DNA of 64,000 nucleotides from the human T2T-CHM13v2.0 reference genome, Homo sapiens. Each line of letters starts with the position of its first letter. Position 1 is the stretch's first letter. The DNA is taken from assembly GCF_009914755.1 (NCBI RefSeq), contig NC_060947.1; one strand, 5' to 3'. This document shows, in pieces, positions 51,606 through 64,000 of the stretch. The position numbers and the translations under genes were made by a program. The notes below the pieces were generated by a model. That model ran no database searches and was not told the DNA's origin. It was given only the letters and a program-made list of their open reading frames with translations.

Positions 51606-52109
51606 CACATCACCCCCGTTAAGAACTTTCTGGATATGTCTGAACATCATCATCATCATCTAGACTTTTGTTGGGCATGCTGTTTGTAGTGTATACAGAA
51701 CTGTGCTGGATGAGTGGTATAAAAATGCCTCTTGCACAACGGAATGTAGGATAAACAATCTTATAAATAGCTCTCTCTAGTTAGCTGTCTTGATGAATGG
51801 GGAAAATATAAATTATAAGAACTTGTCAATTGGCAAACCTGCTTTTAATTAGAGGCTTAGCACCCTCCGCCCCCTTTAATAAATTCCTGCGTAATAGTTG
51901 ATAACAAGCAGTGAAATTGAACCATTTGAGTTCTAGCACATCTTCTCTATCATATCCACTCCAACATTTTATTGTTCAGTGAAATCATATAAAGTTAGGA
52001 AACTCAAGAAAGACCAGGGAGCATCCTGGATATCTCACAGCTGTAACTTTCAGAAACCAAATCATTGAGAAATTACCTTTCAGATTAGGTATGGCTTTGT
52101 CTCTTGAGT

Positions 52110-52350
52110 CATGCTAGTTAAAAGCACAGACTCAGAAAATAGATTGTTTGGGATCAACCACAGATCTGTCATTTCACCAGCTGCATGAGCTTGTACAAAT
52201 TACTTAACTCTCTGGGCCTCAATTTTTTGAACCAGAGAAATGGAGTGATAACAGTACACTCTGCAACTGAATTAGCATGGGGATTGAGATAATATATGTA
52301 AAACACGTAGTGACTAGCACAAAGTAAGTACTATTTAAGTGTTAGCTATT
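52110..52350 (+). mobile_element. MIR SINE
   Basis: aaattacttaactctctgggcctcaattt...aatatatgtaaaacac...gttagctatt. Confidence 0.7.
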
Positions 52351-52542
52351 GCTATAACTATTGTGCTAAACAGCTGAAATCAGGTAGAGACTTTCTTTTT
52401 TCTACTTAAAAAATTTTTAATAGAAAAAGCTATTCTTTTTTCTGATTTTAAAAGTAATGCATCTTCTTTGTAAAAGTTCAGAAAATGCAGAGTTACTAAA
52501 AATTGCTTTAAACTTTTAAGTATCGAAATTCTATTATCCTGG

Positions 52543-52890
52543 TGTCTTAGTTTGTTCAAGTGATAACAAAATACTTTAGACTGAGTAATTATAAACAAAA
52601 GAAACTTGTTGCTCACAGTTCTGGAGGCTGGAAGTCCAAGATCAAGGTGCCAGAAGATTCAGTGTCTGGTGAGAACCTATTTCTCATAGAGGACACCTTC
52701 TGTGTACTCAGATGATGGAAGGGCAAAAGGGCGCTGTCAAGCTTTATTTGTAAGGGCACTAATTCCACTCATGAGGGTTCTGCTGTCACGACCTAATCAC
52801 TTCCCAACAGCCTCACTTCTTAATACCATCACATTGGGGATTAGATGTCAACACAAATTTTGAAGGGACAAAAACATTCAGACCACAGCA
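52543..52890 (-). mobile_element. MLT1A/MSTD-like solo LTR
   Basis: tgtcttagtttgtt...gctcacagttctggaggctggaagtccaagatcaagg...aacattcagaccacagca. Confidence 0.8.
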
Positions 52891-52899
52891 CCTGAGAGA

Positions 52900-53345
52900 A
52901 TATATCAAATCATTTAGAACTCAGTGGCTTGAAGCAAAAATCAATGATTACCTGATGGCTCTGTGCATTGGCAATTTGGGCTAGGCTCAATGTATCTCTG
53001 CAGTCTTCTAGAGGCTTGGCTGGGGCTGGATGGTTGAGGACCACTTCACTCACCAGCTGACAGTTGGCCAGGGCACCTCAGTGTTCCTCTAGTCATGTTG
53101 TGATCTTGTAGTTGCAAGTGCAGCAGCAGAGGCAAAGCTCCAAAACAGAAACCCTTTTCAGGCCTCCACTAGTACATCTGCAAATGTTCCTTTGACGAAG
53201 CGAGTTACATGGCTAAGCACAGGATCAACAGGTCAAGACAATAGACTTCACCTTTGAATGGGAGGAGTGCCAAAGTCACATTCTGAAGGTACAGGCATAC
53301 AGAGATAGAAATAATTAGTGGCCATTTTTTGCAACTCACCACAGC
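52900..53345 (-). mobile_element. MLT1-family LTR
   Basis: ctcagtggcttgaagcaa...ggcaatttgggctaggctca...agacttcacctttgaatgggagg. Confidence 0.6.
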
Positions 53346-53429
53346 CAAATACTGTTAAAAACTATATACATATGTGTGTGTACATATATATATGCAGCAC
53401 ATACCAACACATGAAAAATACACACCCAA

Positions 53430-54995
53430 ATGAAATCATATGAAACATGATGTTTTGTAACTTGTTTTTTTCCCATTAATTACATACTGGGGACATTTTA
53501 ATGTTCTCACTTTAAGGTGTGCATAATTTCCCAATGTTTAGTTTTATCATGACAGATTTAACCAAAGTCTCTTGCGTGACTTTTAGGTTGTTTCCAATTT
53601 TATGATAAACTTCTATGTACATACATTTTTATACATTTTTCTCATTAGTTCTTTGGTATACATATTTGAACTTCTGATATGTAGTCAGAATACTCCACAG
53701 AAAGATTGTATTCAGAGACGATATTTAAAATACTTAACCACAGAATGGATACTAACCTTAGCATTGAGCAAAGTCCTGGAGGTAATCTTTTAGTTGCTGA
53801 ACTCTGGAGAGGTCCAGGTCCTGTGGGAGAGAGCTAGGCAGCTGGGGTAGTGGGTAGTGGTGGGATAAGTTATTTACCTTTATAACCATACTGAATATTA
53901 GTCACAGAGCAATGTGTGGAAATCTCTTTTTCCCATCACCATCTCCAACCTGAGATTTTGTCTACTTTTTTCATCTTTGCTAATCTGATCCATGATAATG
54001 ATGAAAATAATACCATATTTTATTTTGTATTTTCCTAGTGAGAACATTTTTTAAGTTTCATCACCATTTGTATTGAGTTGGTGTTGTTGCTTTTAATGAA
54101 TTGTTTGTTTATGTCTTCTGCCTATTTTTCTTTGAGATGTTAATTTTTTAATTAAAAAGCTAGTATTTATTGATGCCTTACTACGTGCCTAAGCCCTTAT
54201 AAGACATACCTATTTTAATATTCACTATGACCCTATAAAGTTATCATTATTCCTATTTTAGAGATGAGAAAACAAAGGCAGAGGTTCAGTATTGTGCTGG
54301 AGTCAGGATTCCAACCGAGACAGTGGGAGTCCCTAACTCAGGTTCCTTATCCTTCTGCTCTTTTCTGTTGCCTCTGCAGTATTTACTGGTAAGAACTTTT
54401 TACATAGGTATATGTAAAAAAAAAAATTATGAGATGCCTCAAACTGTGTCATACATGTTGCACATTTTCCCTAGTTTGTCATGCTTCTTTTAACTTTCCT
54501 TACTGTATTGCTTACTGTACAAGAGTTTAAGCATTTTATGGGAACACTTTAAACTTCAATAAGAAGTTCACAAAACTACTTAATGTGGTCAAATATTTCA
54601 AGCTTTTTTCTTAATGGATTCTGCCTTGAACATCATTCTCAGATGTTACTCATGTGGAGAGTATAAAAATATTCACCTGTATTTTCTTCTAAGATAGTGA
54701 ACTTCAGAATTATCTGAATTAACAAAGTACTTAGGTTCTTACACCCTGCCTCAGACCTACTGAACCAGAATCTCTACAATAAGGACTAGATGTGTATGTT
54801 TTTAAAAAGATACCAAAACGTCTAGTCCTAAAGGACTGGTATACATACATTTACCTCTTCTTATTCCCCAAAGCACATGAAATCGGCTGAAGAAATAATA
54901 AATTAAGAATATATCTACAAAATCAATTCCAGATGGGTTAAAAGCTTAGTTGTAAAATCCCAAACTTAACTTTTAGAAGCACACATAGGAGAATA
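53430..54995. mobile_element. Patchwork of old L1ME, MIR and MER5-like fragments
   Basis: Degenerate L1 motifs (ttaggttgtttccaattt; tctttgctaatctgat), a MIR core (attttagagatgagaaaac) at about 54250, and a MER5A-like cagacctactgaaccagaatctct at about 54750. Confidence 0.5.
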
Positions 54996-54997
54996 GT

Positions 54998-55923
<926 letters not shown>

Positions 55924-57849
55924 AAGTGTTGCATTTTCTGACCTTGTATAGTTCTTCCCCCTCATTTGAGATGTCCCGAGTAGACCAGAATCCACATTAG
56001 ATAATATACTTCATGGGATTATCACGACTTGCTTCCTTGCCAAAGAGCTATTTTTTTCTTTCATTTCTGTAATGCCTGATAAACACCAAGAAACATAGTA
56101 CAAGAACATAAAAGAGACAAGTGTGTTTTAATTTAGGTATCCACAAACCTAGATATTAGCTGTGGTACCACAGTATACCAAGCCAAAATACCAAACGATG
56201 GATTTATTGTTGCCTTAATTGAAAACAAGCCTGATGTATTTTGTAAAATTCAACCTCAAAACACAACTCACCAGACGTGATATGGAATGCTTTTTATGCC
56301 GAACTAAAAAACAAAATGCTACTCAGTACAGTGGACTTGAAAATTATCTTGCTATTAATAGATCTCCCGAATGGCTGTGATCTGTTGGATTTAATACATT
56401 CAGGTTTTGGCAGCTGCTGAGGACTGAAAACAAGCCGTTCCATACGTTATTACTTAATAAAGAAACTAGGTCACAAAATAGCCCTTTGGTGAATTTTTTA
56501 AAAAGATTTTGAATAGCCCACTTCCATCTTTGAAAACTCCTTGTCACCAAGTACGCTTGGCAAAGCAGCAATGTGATTAGCAGCTTCCTTATCTGAAACT
56601 GTGTTAAATTGAGAGCAACTTGGGTGTGCTGTTACTTTCATCTCTTCATTTGGCACAGATGCCTCAAACATGGTGTACCCACAACAAATATTTGCTCAAT
56701 AGAAAAACATCCCTCTCTTTCCTTTTGTATTTTGAGGGCCTGACACTGACCCACTGATTCAAATGTTTGAATTGGTCACCTTTAGGAACACATTCTCATG
56801 GGACAGGTAAAAACTTTTTCAAGAGTTTAAGGTAGCACTGATCTGCTCTGCTAGGCTCAAAATGTTTTTTAAATGTTTAATTGCAAGACATTTCCACCCA
56901 CTGGTCCCTTTAAAAACAAACTTTTTTTAAAAAGAGATTTTTTTAAAAACTAGTGTATTTTAAGCTTTGGTTTTTTATTTCAAAACAATACTTGTTTTGA
57001 GTTGGATTCCCCAGTAGTGGCCTCTGACATGAAGATTCAAAAAATCCAGTAAGGGAATGTGAGCAGAAAGGGGAGAGTGCCCAGAAGGTGAGATACCCAG
57101 CAACGTCCGGAAGAGGCGGACAGCCCTACTCTGGGGGCAGTGTAAGTCCTTATCAGGGAACAAGACAGCTAGACTATTTGTAGACCCTCTCCGCACCAAC
57201 ACCATGATAATTAATGGATCCGGACTCCCTGCATCATGGACTCCCAGGCACTTCTGGCAACCTGATGACTGTCCTCCAACATAGAGATGCAGATGTCAGC
57301 TGTGTGTGGAGCACAGGGGGACAGGTGAGGATGAAGATGGTAAAGGGCTCCAAGGGGACATATGCAGACATCGGATAGCATCTGCCTCACTACTCCTCAA
57401 GGGATCATTTGTGAAGGTCTCCTCTACAAATGAAGAGGAAGCCCAGGATGAGGGGAAGGAGGTACTACATAGGTAATGTAAGATTTGAGGCAGGCAGCCA
57501 TATTTTCTTTGATGTCCCTCCCGCTAAGTTGAGTCAATAGAAAAGAAGTTACAGAGGAGTTTGGCTTGAAGATGGGTGACTTCAAGTATATGATACTTCC
57601 TTCATGAAGGCAACTGTACCAATAGATCCCAAAGGCTGGGGAGGTTGGTGGACAGTGAGAAGGTCTGGAAATCAAGAGCAGAAAATCAATCCTGAAAGGG
57701 ATGCTTGGGTCAAAGATTGAAAAATTAGCTCAAGCTAGGGCTTCACTGAGAAGAAGGGGATTGGAGGAAAAAACTGCAACTGGAATGACCATTATTATAA
57801 TACAGTTATAAAGCTATATTGTACAACATATACAATAGTGCAATATGCA

Positions 57850-57985
57850 AATAATTTAAATAATTGCAGTACTCAGTATCCACATTTCAAGTACTCAATA
57901 GGCATGTGTAGCTAGTGGCTACTATATTGGACAGCAAAGCTCTAGGACATTCCATCACCACAAAAAGTTCTGTTAGACAGTGTTC
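57850..57985 (-). mobile_element. MER3-like MITE fragment
   Basis: ccacatttcaagtactcaatagg...gctagtggctactatattggacagca...aaagttctgttagacagtg. Confidence 0.7.
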
Positions 57986-58700
57986 ATGTAGAGCTTATTG
58001 AACATATTAAGAGTTGAGATGTAATGGCCTCACTTTCATCCCAAACTCTTGTTACCTCCGTCTTCATATTCAGCTTATAATAAGTCAAATGTAGCCACTG
58101 GGATTTCACTGAAAAATTTGGAGAAGCAAATTGAAGATGAATAGTACAGAAACATTTTTAAAACTTTCTGTCAGGAGCTACTTTTCTTAAATGACATTTG
58201 ATTTCTTAGGTCTAACCTGAGTTTTTAGAAGTGAAATGTTAACTCAAAATTAGTAGAAATTGAGCTTCAGATGAACTATTAGAACAATCAGAGTCATCTT
58301 CACTTTCTTTTTAGATTGCTGTTTTCCATTATTGATTTGTTTGTGTACTTGTTACTCTTTATAAGGGAAAGGAACAAAATGTGATCTTAAGAAGGAGGAG
58401 ACAAGAAACCATACAGGAGTAGAAGTGCCAGGATCCAACTTTGTCACTCTCTCCTCCACTATGATCTCCACATGGCCGGAGGATAGGACTTAGCTGCTGG
58501 GAGAAATTCCCTCCAGACCAAGTGACCCAGTAGAATTTGGGCATGGTATTTGCACCATCTTCAGATCTGCTGCTGCTTTCATTCACATCCAGGAACATTT
58601 GTAAATTGTGGATTGCCTCCTGGACCACTAGTAAAAGTCCAGGGTTGAGGAGGTCCTGTGTTATCATTGATCATCTTTTTTCCAAAGTTGAATTTTAGCT

Positions 58701-59107
58701 TGTCTTAATTTGGGGATCCACAGAAGACCCTGACACAAGGATTCAAGTGCAAATAGTTTATTCATGGGTGATCCCAGGAAAGACTGGTAGAGGGGGTGGT
58801 GGGGAAGAGAGAAGAAAAGGAAGGAAGCCAATAAAGGATACACTATCAAGCAAATTTCAAAGTAGAAACTCTGGGATCCAATGCCTCAGAGTTATCCCAC
58901 TGAAAGGCAAGAGAGCTTGGGCATTTATCCATCATCTCCCAATGGCCACTGATTGAGGGATGCTGGAGAGTAGGGTACAGGAGCACTTTGGGCCTACTGT
59001 ATGCAAGAGAAGAGAAAGCCCTCAGGTGGAGAAATGCAGGTTTGGTCACTCAGGCCGACATGCAGGGAAATAGCAATTAATGTGAGATACAGGTGCAGCC
59101 TCTACAA
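58701..59107 (-). mobile_element. LTR16-family solo LTR
   Basis: tgtcttaatttggggatcc...gaccctgacacaaggattcaagtgcaaatagtttatt...gaagccaataaagg. Confidence 0.75.
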
Positions 59108-59520
59108 TCTGCGACATGATTTATTTTTACTTTTAAGCAGGCAATATAGACCAAAGCTTCTTAGAGTACAGCCCATCCGTGTCCCAGTAGGGCTGACCCA
59201 CTGGCACAGAGAAGATAATGAATTACTGCCAAATGCAAAAACAAAAGAACCTTTAATGAACAATGCAGCCTTTGGTCAAAACATCTTAAATAGTTGAGAG
59301 TGAGGATGAAGCCTTTGGTATTAAAGGCCTCTGAATTGAAAGAGTGGGGAAAAAGTGTTCTGGCTTTCACACCAAAGAAGACATCAAAAAATTTATTTTA
59401 ACCACTTGCCAGAGGATACATCGGCTGCTTGTGGATTCTGGAATTTTTGAAAGAGAATTATCAAAACTTTCTGCTGAGTCTGATGAAGCCAAGCTGGGGC
59501 ACCTGTGGGCCAGGAATAAG

Positions 59521-59551
59521 TATATATATGTATTTATTTATATTATATAGA

Positions 59552-59592
<41 letters not shown>
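59521..59592. repeat. (TA)n microsatellite
   Basis: TA-rich run with a perfect (TA)n core at about 59555-59592. Confidence 0.9.
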
Positions 59593-59595
<3 letters not shown>

Positions 59596-60284
59596 AGTTG
59601 CATCTGTGCCATTGTTTATCTGTTTGCAAAACATGCCATATGTTGACAGCCAGACATATGTTCAGCTATATGGAAGATCAGTCAAAGAGAAAGAAGAGCT
59701 GAAGCAGCAAAAAAAGAGAGGTAGAAGGAAATATATGAAAGAGAGGAAAACAAACTCTTGTGACTTTGGCTAGATGGTGAATTCCTTGAGCATAAGGGAT
59801 ATGTTTGGGTCATCCTTAATCCTCATTGCCTACAGTTGTGCTGGGTACATGAGCGATGTTTAGTGTACCCTGAGGATGAAAAGAGGTAGCATGTGTAGGG
59901 TGCTTAGACCCATGTCTCCTACATACATAATGCATGACAAGTGTAAATTGAATTAATGAAGGAGAAGCTGTTTAGAGCTAAAAAGACTCTTGAAATTTCT
60001 TTATATCAGTCTCTTTCTTTTACACATAAAACTTAATTTTGGAGGTGTACTGTGGCAGGTTGGGACTGATTCTGATCCCATTCTGTATCCTTTTCATCAT
60101 TACATGGAAGGAATATAAGAAGAAAAAATTGAATAAAACTTTAAAATGTAGCCAGTCAGGGATCATTTTGTAGTGCAGTCCCTGAGCTGCCTGTGGTATC
60201 TGCAGGAAGATTTTGCCTGTCTTTGACCGTTTGCTGTTCCATGCACATTCTTAAATCTGCTTATCAAGTTTTACAAAACAAACA

Positions 60285-61029
60285 AGTAGAAACATTATTA
60301 TTTTTATTGAAATTACATTGAATTTGTGGACTTAAAGAGAACCAACACTTTCATATGTTGACTCTTCTGATTCATTTTGATAAACAATTCCTTCATTTAT
60401 TTAAGTCTTCATTAATTTTTGTAAACAAAATTTTGTAAATTTTTTAGTGGAGATCTTGGACATATTTTGTTAACATTACCTTGGATCTTTGGTATTTTTT
60501 TGATGCTATTCTAAATGGTATGTTTTAAATTTTTCATTTTCTGTTTGTTGTTGGTATAGAGAAGTGCAATTGATTTTTAAATGTACTGTATATCCAGCAA
60601 CTTTGCTAAACTCTCTTACTTCTAATTAATTACCTGTAGATTATTCTGGATTTTCTTATGCATACAATCACACCATCTGCAAGTCATGATGGTTTTCTTT
60701 CTTTCTTATTTTTAATTGTTTTTCCTTTTCATGACTTTTGCACTGCCCAGAGCTCTCAGAACAATGTCGAATAGAAAATATCCTAATAAGCACACATGAC
60801 TTATTTCTAATATCAGAGAGAATACCCTCAAGGTGATGGGTACATGAGTATTAATTTAACCATTTCTGCACTTTGTATATGTTTGAGAAATTGATTAATA
60901 ACAAAAAAGTTATTTCTAAGGGAAATCTTTCAACACTTCATTGTTAAGGATGATGTTTGCTGAAGGTTTTTGGTAGATACTCTATCAGATTGAGGATGTT
61001 TTCTTCTGTATCTAATTTGCTAAAATCTT

Positions 61030-61030
<1 letters not shown>
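60285..61030 (-). mobile_element. Old L1M ORF2 fragment
   Basis: ttgttggtatagagaagtgcaattgattttt...tatccagcaactttgctaaactc. Confidence 0.7.

Positions 61031-64000
<2,970 letters not shown>

Overview
Hominid (human or great-ape) non-coding genomic DNA, dominated by interspersed repeats. AluY and L1PA2-like elements support the species call. I found no intact host protein-coding gene, tRNA, rRNA or CRISPR. The main features are: (1) a full-length processed pseudogene of CBX1 (HP1-beta) at about 949-3159; (2) a full-length decayed L1PB1-like element (minus, 20.4-27.2 kb) inserted into the tail of an older L1MB-like fragment; (3) a two-LTR MER31-like ERV1 provirus (28130-44012, ATGT target-site duplication, TSD) inflated to about 16 kb by nested L1, Alu, THE1 and MER41 insertions; (4) two young L1PA2-like pieces; (5) many ERVL/MaLR solo LTRs, MIR/L2 relics and hAT MITEs. 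Most ORFs in the track are L1/Alu-derived or spurious. I found no convincing new biological system. The most unusual signals are two inverted AluY copies sharing the same 8-bp duplication plus a linked substitution (probable ectopic gene conversion), an Alu-tail/L1 junction that leaves an intact ATG-initiated 461-aa ORF2p C-terminal frame, and a 69-bp duplication of a splice-acceptor-like ERV segment. Subfamily names come from my recall of consensus sequences, not from a RepeatMasker run, and boundaries of old repeats are approximate.
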